In this document: one piece after another, positions 9,471 to 21,126 of the stretch
Numbering within the stretch: position 1 is the first letter of the stretch
Layout of the letters: the number at the start of each line of letters is the position of its first letter
From: Anaerolineae bacterium
GTDB taxonomy: Bacteria; Chloroflexota; Anaerolineae; DUEN01
Assembly (NCBI GenBank): GCA_025060615.1
Contig: JANXBS010000002.1
Span: 130,860 to 194,859 of the forward strand
Direction: 5' to 3'
DNA: 64,000 nucleotides
Notes under the pieces: model-generated
The model's input: only the letters and a program-made list of their open reading frames with translations
The model's database searches: none
Told to the model about the DNA's origin: nothing
Position numbers and translations under genes: made by a program

Positions 9471-10647
9471 CATGGACGACTCGAAGGAAGACCGCCTCGG
9501 TATCCCTGACCATCCGCTCCAAGCTGAATTGCTCGACGGCTTTAGCGCGGGCGGCCTCGCCCAAGGCGCAGGCCAACCCAGGCTCGTCCAGCAGCCTGCC
9601 GATGTGGCCAGCGAGCTGATCCACGTCGCCGGGTGGGAACAGCAGCCCATTCCGCCCGTGATCCACGGCCGTGGGGATGCCCCCGATATCACTGGCGACG
9701 ATGGGCAGCCCGCAGGCCATCGCCTCCAAGATCACCATCGGGAGGCCTTCAACACATAAAGTAGGCATCACGAAGATGTCGGCTGCGTTTAAGTAGGCCG
9801 GCAGTTCCTCATGGGGTACGAAGCCGGTGAAATGCACTTGGCTGGCTAACCTGTATCGCTGAGCCAGGCGGCGTAACCTCGCCTCATCTCTTCCCTGGCC
9901 GACGATGAGCAGGTGCACACCGGGACGGCGTAATCGTGCGAGGGCCTGCAGGAGCAGATGTAGGCCTTTTTCTACTTGCAATCGCCCTACGCTGATGAGC
10001 ATCTTTGCCGAGGGGGATAAACCCAAGCGTCCCCGAACGACGAAGGACAAGTCGGGCTTCCTGGCGAATTGTATCACATCTACGCCGTTTAGGATCACAA
10101 TGGGGCATGGCAAGCTTCGATAGTAGGCTTGGAGCTGACGCGCTACAATGTGGCTCACGGCGATCAACACGTCGGCCTCTTTCACGTGAGCTTGCCAGCG
10201 CAAATACCGCCCATACATCAGCCCAATCAGAGCCAGATTTCGAAGTGAGAATAGGTTTTGCCAACGAGTCTGAACCTCGCTGATAAACGTGCCGTGCAAG
10301 ATGGTGACCAGTGGAGGCCGCTCTCGCCTTGGGATTCTCGCGATAGCCTCTCCGCCCGCGCTCTGGCTCCAGACGAGATCGAAAGCAGCTTGGGCATTGG
10401 CTCGCTGCCATGCTTGCAGGCTTTCGCGCCACCAAGCGCGGGTATATCTGCTCGATGGGGCGTTCAGGTAGTGGCACTGGACTCCGTTGATTTCCTCATA
10501 TGACAGCCCTTGAGGATGAGCCGTGGTGAAGATTTCTACCTCGTGCCCACGACGCACTAGCTCGCTAGCGAGGATGTGAAGGTGATGTTCCATACCACCG
10601 TGGACGCCATGGGCCATCACAATGCGAGATAGGCAGGCGATTCTCAT
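9439..10647 (-). CDS. Glycosyltransferase family 4 (GT-B)
   Basis: Carries the GT4 C-terminal motif (FVMPTLCVEGLPMVILEAMACGLPIVASDIGG). Start placed at MRIACL, immediately after the methyltransferase stop. Confidence 0.8.
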   Translation of the reverse strand: MRIACLSRIVMAHGVHGGMEHHLHILASELVRRGHEVEIFTTAHPQGLSYEEINGVQCHYLNAPSSRYTRAWWRESLQAWQRANAQAAFDLVWSQSAGGEAIARIPRRERPPLVTILHGTFISEVQTRWQNLFSLRNLALIGLMYGRYLRWQAHVKEADVLIAVSHIVARQLQAYYRSLPCPIVILNGVDVIQFARKPDLSFVVRGRLGLSPSAKMLISVGRLQVEKGLHLLLQALARLRRPGVHLLIVGQGRDEARLRRLAQRYRLASQVHFTGFVPHEELPAYLNAADIFVMPTLCVEGLPMVILEAMACGLPIVASDIGGIPTAVDHGRNGLLFPPGDVDQLAGHIGRLLDEPGLACALGEAARAKAVEQFSLERMVRDTEAVFLRVVHEARRRESLSG

Positions 10648-11423
10648 GCCCGGATGCACTCTAAGATCAGATAGCGGCCCCAGCTTGACAAGCTGGGCCG
10701 ACTTCCCAGCCAGCGGTCAAGGGAAGAGACGATGCGAAGTAAAGGCTCACGGTTGAAGATGGCATTCCAAAATCGCTCGCCACGGTGAGGGTAGTAATAC
10801 ACACCTTGTCGACCGATCACGCGCCATCCAGCCCTCTCCAAAGCACGGACCAGCTCACTCACGAGCACACACCGCTTCATTTGGACAGGAGCGTATTCCC
10901 GCAAATGTTCTATCTCATTAAGGAACCGGACGCGCTTAGTGAGGCGAGCTTCAATCCATCGGGACCAGCCTACGACGGGCACCGTGAGCACTAAACGGCC
11001 ACCTGTTCTGGTGATGCGCCGCCATTCGATGAGAGCGGCGTCAGGATCTGGCAGATGCTCTAACACCTCAGCACATAGGCACAAGTCGAAAGTCTCTGTC
11101 GCAAAGGGTAAGCGGGCTGCGTCGGCACAGCTTACTGTGGAGCCTAGGCGTTTGCGTGCACGTTTTAAGCGGCCTTCAGACAAGTCTACACCTACAAGCT
11201 GAGCCCTCCTATCAGCTTTCATCTGATCCTGCAGGAGAGCCAGCAAAACGCCATCGCCACATCCAATGTCTAACATCCGCTGCGGAGAGGCTTCTAGGCA
11301 GAGCGCAACCGTCTCTTGCAAGCGGCGCAAGGGGGCCAAATATCGGTAGTGAGATGCCCAGCCCTCCGTGGCTGAATTCTCGTACAGGGTCTTAAAACTC
11401 ATGAGCATGTCCCAACTAGGCAC
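10644..11423 (-). CDS. Class I SAM-dependent methyltransferase
   Basis: Motif I LDIGCGDGVL with an acidic loop. 259 aa. Starts 3 nt after the icd stop. Confidence 0.8.
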   Translation of the reverse strand: MPSWDMLMSFKTLYENSATEGWASHYRYLAPLRRLQETVALCLEASPQRMLDIGCGDGVLLALLQDQMKADRRAQLVGVDLSEGRLKRARKRLGSTVSCADAARLPFATETFDLCLCAEVLEHLPDPDAALIEWRRITRTGGRLVLTVPVVGWSRWIEARLTKRVRFLNEIEHLREYAPVQMKRCVLVSELVRALERAGWRVIGRQGVYYYPHRGERFWNAIFNREPLLRIVSSLDRWLGSRPSLSSWGRYLILECIRA

Positions 11424-11426
11424 CGC

Positions 11427-12731
<1,305 letters not shown>

Positions 12732-13018
12732 GATTCCCTCCCTTGTCTATCATCATCCATGGAGGCGGCACCTCATCCCTGCCCCCCCAAGTGCCATCGC
12801 CTCCACAGCAACGGGTATTATATTCGCTTCCGAAGCCGGCGCCAATCCGAACAGGGCTTCGTCTTTTCTCGATTGAGCCGCAAAGGCCGCAGAGATCGCT
12901 CAAATTGCGCGAAATGTGAAGCCCGAGGTCACTGGCGAGGCATAGCGGGTGAGTAGAGCTGTCACAGGAAAGCTTGCCGGGATGTCCCTTGCATGAACGG
13001 CTAAAGCCCTGTCTGCTT

Positions 13019-13612
13019 TTACTCGATCAGGTGTAACCTTTCTCCGATAACGATTAGGACGCTGGCGAGGATGGCGCTGGGACCCAACCAACGCCGACGG
13101 ACACACGGTGAGGTCGGTGAATGCAGGGCGTCTCGGATTACCTCGCGGTACCATGGAAGGAGCCCGATGGGCAATCGGGCGATGGGAAAAAAGCGGGCGG
13201 CCAGCGTTTCCTCTCCTGCGACAAGCATACCGGCAACGGGGGTACATACAAATACAATGCCATCATGGGGACGAAATCCCAACCTCTGGTAGACGCCCAG
13301 TTCGCGCTCGACGCGCACTTGAACCCCTGTCTCCTCGAAGACCTCGCGCACGATGGCCGCCGCTGGCGTCTCCCCCTTTTCGATGCTGCCGCCTGGAAGC
13401 TCCCACACGCGCGGGCTAGCACGCTTGATCAGCAACACCTGATCACCTTGTAATACCACAGCCTGTGCCACGACGCGGCGCGTTCGTTGCTCGGTCAGCG
13501 TGGAGCGGATGTAAAAGTCCCATTGCCAAAGTAGAGCCTTACAGACCTGGCGGGCTCTGTCCTTCAGCTGATCGATGTATAACAGATCGACTGCTCTCCT
13601 AACCTGGGACAT
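13019..13612 (-). CDS. NUDIX hydrolase
   Basis: Nudix box GGSIEKGETPAAAIVREVFEETGV. Confidence 0.75.
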   Translation of the reverse strand: MSQVRRAVDLLYIDQLKDRARQVCKALLWQWDFYIRSTLTEQRTRRVVAQAVVLQGDQVLLIKRASPRVWELPGGSIEKGETPAAAIVREVFEETGVQVRVERELGVYQRLGFRPHDGIVFVCTPVAGMLVAGEETLAARFFPIARLPIGLLPWYREVIRDALHSPTSPCVRRRWLGPSAILASVLIVIGERLHLIE

Positions 13613-13703
13613 GAGTCTGCTAGCGATTCGGCAACTTTCCTAATGGCACGAGTGAGTCGGAACCTGCCTGATGTTTCTGCTGAAGAAGAGCGGCTCCTCA
13701 GAC

Positions 13704-15467
13704 TTAGCCTCTGGCGGCGGACAGGGTGAAGTAGAAGGTGCTTCCCTGTCCTTCAACACTTTCGGCCCAGATACGCCCACCGTGTCCTTGCACAATATGT
13801 TTGGCGATCGCTAAGCCGAGTCCCGTGCCACCACTGGCACGAGCGCGATCCGCTTTGTAGAAGCGCTCGAAGATGCGCGGCAGGTCGCCGGCGGGGATTC
13901 CGATGCCGGTATCGCGCACGCTGATGATTACTTCATCTCCAGATGCTGCCGCTGAGATAAAAACCTGGCCCCCTGATGGGGTGAACTTGATGGCGTTATG
14001 CACCAGATTGGTGACCACTTGCTGAATGCGCTCAGCGTCGGCCAGTACAAACGGGAGTTCAGGGGGAAGCTCGACCTGAATGTTCAGGCCGGCGCGCTCG
14101 GCTTGATGGCGTAGCCGCTCCACCGGTGGCAAGATCACGTCTGCAAGCGAGGTGGGGGCCAAGCGCAGTGGGACTTGGCCTGACTCGATGCGCGAGAGCT
14201 CTAAAAGCTCCTGTACCATCTGCGTCAGGGCATCCACCTCAGTTTCGATCCGGCTCAAAAAACGCCGTGCGGCCGGCGGATCTTCCAGTGCTCCATTCCG
14301 TAGGGTCTCCACCAGCACCTTCAGTGAAGCCAACGGTGTGCGTAGCTCGTGAGAGATATTGCTGATGAAATCACGGCGAACTGTCTCCAGCCGTCGCACC
14401 TGGGTCAAATCCTGAACCACAATGAGACAACCGCCCTGGCTTTCTCTCTGGAGCGGAGTGACCATGACACGCAAGAAAAGCCCTTGGCGCTCGAGCTCCA
14501 CGGTCTCGATCTGCTCGCCTTTGCCTTGCTCGCAGCAGGTACGCCACAATTCAATCAGCCGATGGTGTCGCAGCACCTGGGCGCAGGATCGCCCTAAGGC
14601 CCCTGTCTCCGTGATGTGAAAGAGACGGGCGGCAGCGGGGTTGATCAGTTGGACGCGTCCGCTGGCATCGGTGATGAGAACTCCATCAGCCATGTGGTCC
14701 AACACCACCGCCAGACGGCTTCGTTCTTCTGCCAGCGTCGTGATCTCACGCTGAAGCTGATCTGCCATCTGGTTAAAGGCGCGGGTGAGCTGACCGATTT
14801 CATCTCGAGCGATAGGCAGAAGGCGGGCACTTAGATCACCTTCAGAGAGCCGACGGATCACTTGCATTAAATGAGACATGGGCTGAGTGATCTTCGCGCT
14901 GATGAGCAGTGCTAGAAGCACTGCCGCGAGCACAGTGATCAAGGTGGCAGCGAGGATGATCTGGCGGAATTGCCTGGCCTCAATCTGAAGCGGCTCCAAG
15001 GAGATAGCCACGCGCGCGACCCCCAACACCCTTCCATCATCCCGGATGAGCACGGCCGCGTAGGCCATTGGCATTCCAGCCGTCTGACCGGGGCGCACGC
15101 TGGTCCCCTGACCGGTGGCCAGTGCCTGCTGTACCTCTGGAAGACTCAGCGGGTCGTCTAGTGCCGTTGAACCGAGGTGAGAGTCGCCCAAAACGCGGCC
15201 ATCCGTTCCGATCAGAGTGACTTGGGCGTTTAACAGCGCGGCCCAGCGCTGGATCAAAGCGCTCAGTGTTAGGGCATCATCGCCTCGAGCCAATACAGGA
15301 GCGCTGGCCTCAGCGATCAGGCGCGCTTGAGCGATCAGGTGTCTCTCCAGGTCAGCCAGACGCATCGCATTGACCGTTCGGAACAGGAGAGCACCGAGCA
15401 CGCTCAAACTGATCAGGGTCAGAAGCACATAGGGGATGACAATGCGCCGACGAATCGTGCCCAACAT
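13704..15467 (-). CDS. Sensor histidine kinase (PhoR/SenX3-like; TM-sensor-HAMP-PAS-HisKA-HATPase)
   Basis: 587 aa with an N-terminal TM, an H-box (ISHELRTPLASL), and G1/G2 boxes (DTGIGIP...[11 protein letters not shown]). Confidence 0.85.
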   Translation of the reverse strand: MLGTIRRRIVIPYVLLTLISLSVLGALLFRTVNAMRLADLERHLIAQARLIAEASAPVLARGDDALTLSALIQRWAALLNAQVTLIGTDGRVLGDSHLGSTALDDPLSLPEVQQALATGQGTSVRPGQTAGMPMAYAAVLIRDDGRVLGVARVAISLEPLQIEARQFRQIILAATLITVLAAVLLALLISAKITQPMSHLMQVIRRLSEGDLSARLLPIARDEIGQLTRAFNQMADQLQREITTLAEERSRLAVVLDHMADGVLITDASGRVQLINPAAARLFHITETGALGRSCAQVLRHHRLIELWRTCCEQGKGEQIETVELERQGLFLRVMVTPLQRESQGGCLIVVQDLTQVRRLETVRRDFISNISHELRTPLASLKVLVETLRNGALEDPPAARRFLSRIETEVDALTQMVQELLELSRIESGQVPLRLAPTSLADVILPPVERLRHQAERAGLNIQVELPPELPFVLADAERIQQVVTNLVHNAIKFTPSGGQVFISAAASGDEVIISVRDTGIGIPAGDLPRIFERFYKADRARASGGTGLGLAIAKHIVQGHGGRIWAESVEGQGSTFYFTLSAARG

Positions 15468-15470
15468 CGC

Positions 15471-16178
15471 TTATCCTTCAAACCGGTAGCCGATGCCGCG
15501 CACGGTCACGATGTGAGTAGGGTGGGCAGGGTCGGCTTCGATCTTTTCCCGGAGCCAACGGATGTGCACATCCACGGTACGGCTATCGCCACCGTAATCC
15601 CAGCCCCATACACGCTCCAGGATCAGATCTCGAGAGAGGACGATCCCCGGATGGCGCGCGAGGAAGACTAACAGCTCATACTCCTTCGGCTTAAGGCGCA
15701 AGGGCTGCCCCTTCCAAAACGCCTCTCGTCGCGACAGGTCTATCATCAGTTCGCCTAGTGTCAACTTCTCGGCCGTCCCTGGACTGACACCGGCGGTTGC
15801 CTCTTCTCGCGTTAAACGAACGCGCCGCAGCAGCGCTTTCACCCGAGCTAGCAGCTCGCGCATGCTGAATGGCTTGGTTAAGTAGTCGTCAGCCCCCATT
15901 TCTAGGCCGACCACTTTGTCCACTTCCTCGGTACGGGCAGTAAGCATCAGGATCGGGACGCTCATCTCTTGACGAAGGATGCGGCAGACCTCAAATCCAT
16001 CTAGTTGAGGAAGCATCAGGTCTAGTAAAATCAGGGCAGGACGCTCGCGCCGAGCCATGTCGAGCGCAGTAAGCCCATCCGTCGCTGTGACCACAGTGTA
16101 TCCCTGGCGAGTCAGGTTGTAGGCGAGTGCCTCTACCAGTGCTGGTTCATCTTCTACGATCAAGATCTTGTCGCTCAT
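15471..16178 (-). CDS. OmpR-family DNA-binding response regulator
   Basis: REC domain (ILIVEDE...LLDLMLP, Asp pocket) plus a winged-helix C-terminus ([10 protein letters not shown]). Confidence 0.9.
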   Translation of the reverse strand: MSDKILIVEDEPALVEALAYNLTRQGYTVVTATDGLTALDMARRERPALILLDLMLPQLDGFEVCRILRQEMSVPILMLTARTEEVDKVVGLEMGADDYLTKPFSMRELLARVKALLRRVRLTREEATAGVSPGTAEKLTLGELMIDLSRREAFWKGQPLRLKPKEYELLVFLARHPGIVLSRDLILERVWGWDYGGDSRTVDVHIRWLREKIEADPAHPTHIVTVRGIGYRFEG

Positions 16179-16205
16179 ATAAGCCGTTTGATCGCTTATA
16201 GGATT

Positions 16206-17210
16206 CTAATAAGCCAACGCGCGCCGTTCTCGATATCGGGTGACCAGCGTATTGGCAACCATAACCAGGATGAGGATAGCACCCCACATCGCAATGGTCA
16301 AGAAAGCACTTACCCGCAGCAGATTTAACCCGCTAGCAACCAACTGAAGGATGATCAGCGCTATCACCAGCCCCGAAACCCGGCCAAATCCGCCTGCGGC
16401 GCTGGTGCCCCCAAGGACCGAAGCCAGCACGGTCAATAGAAGATAAGACTCGCCGTAATCGGCCTTGGCGGAGTTGAAGCGGGCGATCATGATCAATGCG
16501 GCTATGCCTGAGTAGAGGCCAGAGATCAGATAGGTCTTGAGAAGAACGGCGGCGTTGTTGACGCCTGAGAAATAGCAAGCTGTGATGTTAGAGCCAATCA
16601 TGTAAATGCGGACGCCCATGGGCGTGCGATTCAGGATCACTCCCATCACCAGCGCGCATAGCGCGAAGAGGATCATAGGCACCGGGATGCCGGCGATAAC
16701 GCCATTCCCGAGAAATAGCACAGGCGCAGGCAACCCAGATAGCACATATCCCTTCGTCAGCACGATGGCCAACCCTTTGAGGAGGATCATCGTGCCCAAC
16801 GTGGCCAGGATCGGGGAAACTCCCGCCCAGGCAATGAGGCCCCCATTGAGCAGACCGATGGCCGTTGATATGGCGAGCCCAGCCAACATCGCCAGCAAGA
16901 TGATCACCCATAAACCGGGGCCTGTTCCTGCTGGATCTGCGTATCGGATCAGGATCATGGCCGTGACGATGCCTGTCAAATTGGCAGAGGCGATGATGGA
17001 CAGGTTGATGCCTCCGGTGAGCATGGTGATCATCATGGCCAATGAGAGGATCCCCAGCTCGGGTAATTGGAATGCCATAGACTGTAAGTTCCCCACCCCT
17101 AAGAACTGAGGCCCAATGAACAGCGTGAGCAGAAGTGCCACGACAACCATGACCAAGCCCAAGGTCAGAATCTCGGAGTACTTACGAGCTGACATCCCTC
17201 TCCACTCCAC
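16206..17210 (-). CDS. Sugar ABC transporter permease (RbsC/branched type)
   Basis: 334 aa with about 10 TM helices. Belongs to the family of the adjacent permease. Confidence 0.8.
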   Translation of the reverse strand: MEWRGMSARKYSEILTLGLVMVVVALLLTLFIGPQFLGVGNLQSMAFQLPELGILSLAMMITMLTGGINLSIIASANLTGIVTAMILIRYADPAGTGPGLWVIILLAMLAGLAISTAIGLLNGGLIAWAGVSPILATLGTMILLKGLAIVLTKGYVLSGLPAPVLFLGNGVIAGIPVPMILFALCALVMGVILNRTPMGVRIYMIGSNITACYFSGVNNAAVLLKTYLISGLYSGIAALIMIARFNSAKADYGESYLLLTVLASVLGGTSAAGGFGRVSGLVIALIILQLVASGLNLLRVSAFLTIAMWGAILILVMVANTLVTRYRERRALAY

Positions 17211-17211
17211 G

Positions 17212-18210
17212 CTATGCTTCGCCTTCTACAATGATCATACGCCCGATACGCTGTCGTCGGCGCAACGCGCTGATGGTCACACTGAAGAGGATGATAAGGC
17301 CGATAAACACGTCGTACCAGTAGGAGGGCACCCGCATCAGCGTGAGCCCATTGCTCATCACCGCGATCAGGGCAACGCCGAGGAGCGTGCCAAGCAGCGA
17401 TCCAGTGCCTCCGAAGAGGCTAGCGCCCCCCAGGACAACCGCCGCGATCACGTCCAGCTCCTTGCCGACGATCGAGTTGGGTGCCACCGTCTGTACCAGG
17501 AGCACCTGCACTACACCCGCAATCCCTGCCATTAACCCCATTACACCGTACACGAACAACTGCAACCGCAAGATGTTGATGCCGATGCGCTCCGCTGAGC
17601 CCGGGTTCCCCCCAAAGGCGTAGATGCTACGACCCAACACGGTGTAGCGCAGCACGCCCCAAGCAGCCAGCATGATTACAAACCAGATCACAGTGACGAT
17701 GGAGATCCCGTAGGAGACGCCGGCTTCATTGGTCAACGTCAGCACGCGGATATCCGCAAACTCTCGAAACCAGGGCGGTAGCCCATAGATCCATTTGCCG
17801 CCGGAGAATACAGTCAGCAGCCCGTAGTAGATATTCAGAGTTGCGATGGTAGTGATGATAGCAGGGATGTTGAAGTAATAGATGATCAGGGCATTGATCA
17901 ACTCCAGCGCAATCCCAATAGTGGCTGCGATGAGGAAAGCGATCGCGATATTGCCGCCGTAATGGATGATCAAAACGGCCATTACGTACATAGCCACGGT
18001 GGCGACGGCCGTGAACGAGATATCAATGCCGCCAGAGATAAGCACAAACAACACACCGACCGAGAGGATGCCCAGGAAGGCGTAGCTTTTAAGCAAGTCG
18101 AACAGGTTCTCCAGCGTAAGAAAGCTAGGGTTAACTGCAGCAATGACGGCGGAGAACAGCACGATGACGATGAAGACATACGTCTCATGGTAAGAGAGCC
18201 ATCGTTTCAT
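17212..18210 (-). CDS. Sugar ABC transporter permease (RbsC-like)
   Basis: Multi-TM. Start placed at MKRWLSY, which has a GAGGGA RBS and sits 10 nt after the ATPase stop. The ORF track's 18279 would overlap the ATPase by 59 nt. Confidence 0.8.
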   Translation of the reverse strand: MKRWLSYHETYVFIVIVLFSAVIAAVNPSFLTLENLFDLLKSYAFLGILSVGVLFVLISGGIDISFTAVATVAMYVMAVLIIHYGGNIAIAFLIAATIGIALELINALIIYYFNIPAIITTIATLNIYYGLLTVFSGGKWIYGLPPWFREFADIRVLTLTNEAGVSYGISIVTVIWFVIMLAAWGVLRYTVLGRSIYAFGGNPGSAERIGINILRLQLFVYGVMGLMAGIAGVVQVLLVQTVAPNSIVGKELDVIAAVVLGGASLFGGTGSLLGTLLGVALIAVMSNGLTLMRVPSYWYDVFIGLIILFSVTISALRRRQRIGRMIIVEGEA

Positions 18211-18220
18211 GGATGGTCCC

Positions 18221-19723
18221 TCATTGTGCTGCCTCAATGCACCGATAGATGTCAGCTTCTGAGCTGGCGCGGGTGTCAAAGGTGGCGATGAACTGACCTC
18301 GGTGCATAACGATCACACGATGGCAGTTATAGTACACCTCGGGCACCTCGTCGGAGATGATCAGGATGCCCATGCCTTCGGCGGCTAGTTGGCGGATGAT
18401 GGCATGGATAGCGCCCTTCGCTGCCACGTCAATCCCCACCGTAGGCCCGTCCAAGATCAGCACTCGCGGGCCTGTTGCCAGCCACTTCGCCAGCACGACC
18501 CGCTGTTGGTTGCCGCCCGATAGGGTCTGGACCGGCGCGTCCACCGATGGGATGCGGATGGCCAGCTCCTGAATCCACCGTTGCGCCGTCTGCCGAACCC
18601 GCGCCCTCTCCAACAGGCCGAGACGGCCACACAGCCGATCCAAAACCGTCAAGACGATATTTCGTTCGATGGATTGGGGCATGACCAGGCCCTGCACCAG
18701 CCGGTTCTCCGGGAGATAACCGATGCCAAGGCTCATGGCATCCTGGACTGAAGCGATACGTACCGGTCGTCCGTCCATGAGGATCGTCCCCGAGTCAGGG
18801 GAATTGATCCCGAAGAGCGCCAGGGCCAGCTCCGTCCGCCCAGAACCCAACAGCCCGGTGATCCCCAAGATCTCGCCCGGATATAGCTGGAAGCTGACAT
18901 CACGAAATTGCCCGCGCCGGGACAGGTTCCGGACTTCCAACAGCGGCGCAGTGGCCTGCGGCCTGGCCTCTTGCCGGGTGTACGCGACTTCTCGGCCCGT
19001 CATCAGCCGGGTCAGCTCCCGTTCATCCAGGGACTGCGCCGGATATGTGCCCACCTTCTTGCCATCGCGCAATACAGTCACTCGCTCGGCGATCTGCATC
19101 ACCTCGTCCAACTTGTGGCTGACGAACAGGGTAGCGATTCCCTTCGCCTGAAGTTCTTGGACGACCTCGAAAAGCGCAGCCACTTCTTTACGCGTCAAAG
19201 AAGCGGTGGGTTCATCCATGATCAACAAGCGCACGTCACGCGTCAACGCCCGACAGATCGCCACCAGTTGCTGATCGGCGATGGAGATGTCGCCGACCTT
19301 CTCACCCAGGGGCAAGTGAACGCCGATGCGCGCCATGGCCTCTCTGGCAATGGCATGGACCTCTTGCCAGTTGACTGTACGACGACCAACGGCTACCATT
19401 CGAGGCAACGCAATGTTCTCGGCAACGGTCAGGTTGGGGAAGAGGGATAAATCCTGGTAGATCACCTCGACCCCCCTGCGAATCGCGTCCAACGCCCGAT
19501 AATCATGAAAGGTTTGGCCGTTGATCTCAACCACCGCGCCAGGGTCTGGCTGCACAGTACCAGAGATGATCTTAATAAGCGTGGACTTGCCAGAGCCGTT
19601 TTCGCCCACTAGGCAGTGGATCTCGCCACGGTAGATCTCGAAGTCGACGGCGTCAAGCGCTCGAACGCCGACATAGCGCTTGCTCACATTGCGCATCGAG
19701 AGGAAGATCTCTGGCTGTGCCAT
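18221..19723 (-). CDS. Sugar ABC transporter ATP-binding protein with duplicated NBDs (RbsA/MglA-like)
   Basis: Two Walker A motifs (GENGSGKST; GLLGSGRTEL) and two signature motifs (LSGGNQQ...). Confidence 0.9.
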   Translation of the reverse strand: MAQPEIFLSMRNVSKRYVGVRALDAVDFEIYRGEIHCLVGENGSGKSTLIKIISGTVQPDPGAVVEINGQTFHDYRALDAIRRGVEVIYQDLSLFPNLTVAENIALPRMVAVGRRTVNWQEVHAIAREAMARIGVHLPLGEKVGDISIADQQLVAICRALTRDVRLLIMDEPTASLTRKEVAALFEVVQELQAKGIATLFVSHKLDEVMQIAERVTVLRDGKKVGTYPAQSLDERELTRLMTGREVAYTRQEARPQATAPLLEVRNLSRRGQFRDVSFQLYPGEILGITGLLGSGRTELALALFGINSPDSGTILMDGRPVRIASVQDAMSLGIGYLPENRLVQGLVMPQSIERNIVLTVLDRLCGRLGLLERARVRQTAQRWIQELAIRIPSVDAPVQTLSGGNQQRVVLAKWLATGPRVLILDGPTVGIDVAAKGAIHAIIRQLAAEGMGILIISDEVPEVYYNCHRVIVMHRGQFIATFDTRASSEADIYRCIEAAQ

Positions 19724-19810
19724 CCTAGCCTGCCGGCATTAAGGGCGGAAAGCGCGAAGGGCGGGCTGGCACATTTCGATTCGATGATGCCAACCCGCCC
19801 GCGAATCCGA

Positions 19811-20830
19811 CTAGAAGCCGAAGCTGTCCACGTTTTCCGGCGTGATGTCAATCATAGCGTCCACGATCAGGACGTTGCCCTTGAGCTGAACCGCCCCAAT
19901 GGTCGGGATCTCCATTCCATCGGTGACCTGGCCGCCATCGAGGATATGTTTGGCCAGCCAGACCAGCCCGTAGCCGGCGTCCTTCGGATCCCATAGGATG
20001 CCATGATCGAGGCAACCATCTTTGAGATACGGGGCGGCATGGCTAGGGATCACAGTGCCCACGACGGCGATCTTATCGCATAGCCCCTTCTCGCGAACGG
20101 CCTGGGCTGCGCCGGGAGGTCCCAGGCTGCCGAAGCCGATGATCCCCTTCAAGTCAGGGTAGGCCTTGATCAACTCCAACACCTTCTGGCGAGACAGCTC
20201 CTGGTCCTCGGCCGACGGGATGCGCTCCGTTACCAGCTCTAGGTTGGGGTACTTCTCAGCGGCATATTTAAGCCCCTCATCCGCCCACAGATTGTGGAGC
20301 GGCACCGTCAGGGAGCCCACCAGGATGGCGAACTGGCCGGAGTCGCCCATGAACTTAACCAGCATGTCCCAGTGGTGCTGGCCGAACTTGACGTTATCGA
20401 TGAGCTCCAGGTCATAGTCATTGCCCACCTGGTCCGGAGATTCATGGGTTAGGACGAGGATACCCCTCTCTTTAGCCTTGGCGAACACCGGTTCCAGAGA
20501 CTTGGCATCGTTGGGGACGACGGCGATGGCATCCACGCCCTTGCTGACCAGGTCCTCGACCACCTTGACCTGCTGAGCTGGGTCCGCCTCGGCCGGGCCG
20601 ACCAAGTAGGCGTTGACTCCTAACTCTTGAGCGGCCTGCTTGACGCCCTCCTCCATGCGGTTGAACCATGGAATGCCGGCGATCTTCACCACGACGGCGA
20701 TCTCGTAGGGCTCCTTTTCGGCCGCAACCTGCGGAGCTGCCGCTGGCGCGGGTGTGGGAGGCACACAAGCGCTGGCCACCAGGGCAACAAGGAGCATTAA
20801 AGAGAACAGGTAATACCGTAGAGATTTCAT
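19811..20830 (-). CDS. Periplasmic-type sugar-binding lipoprotein (RbsB/LsrB-like)
   Basis: Signal peptide with lipobox (LVASAC). Peripla_BP_4-like layout. Confidence 0.8.
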   Translation of the reverse strand: MKSLRYYLFSLMLLVALVASACVPPTPAPAAAPQVAAEKEPYEIAVVVKIAGIPWFNRMEEGVKQAAQELGVNAYLVGPAEADPAQQVKVVEDLVSKGVDAIAVVPNDAKSLEPVFAKAKERGILVLTHESPDQVGNDYDLELIDNVKFGQHHWDMLVKFMGDSGQFAILVGSLTVPLHNLWADEGLKYAAEKYPNLELVTERIPSAEDQELSRQKVLELIKAYPDLKGIIGFGSLGPPGAAQAVREKGLCDKIAVVGTVIPSHAAPYLKDGCLDHGILWDPKDAGYGLVWLAKHILDGGQVTDGMEIPTIGAVQLKGNVLIVDAMIDITPENVDSFGF

Positions 20831-21126
20831 CTTGGTCTTCCTCCTCTCTAGAAAGATGTCTCGTGGCTAAGCGGTGCTTTTTCGGCAGAAGAATCGGGTG
20901 GTTGGGGGCTGATTTGATAGGTATTATCTGCTTTGTAATCTTACAATAAGGCACCGCTTGTGTCAACCTTAGGAATCCTGAAATCCGGAAACGCCTTTGA
21001 CTGACATAACCGCCTCAGTTATATTTTGATTGTGCCTGCACTTTCTGTTCCTGGTTATGACCCTCGGATGAGAACCAAGCGCTGTTTCGTCTCTACGAAT
21101 CTTGAACGCCCTTGGGAGGGCTTCCG

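Noticed and set aside
13704-16178. Calling the histidine kinase and response regulator pair phoR/phoB
   Set aside because: Domain architecture is PhoR-like, but the genes sit in an operon with a sugar ABC transporter 30 kb from the pst/phoA genes. The specific assignment is not supportable from sequence alone.
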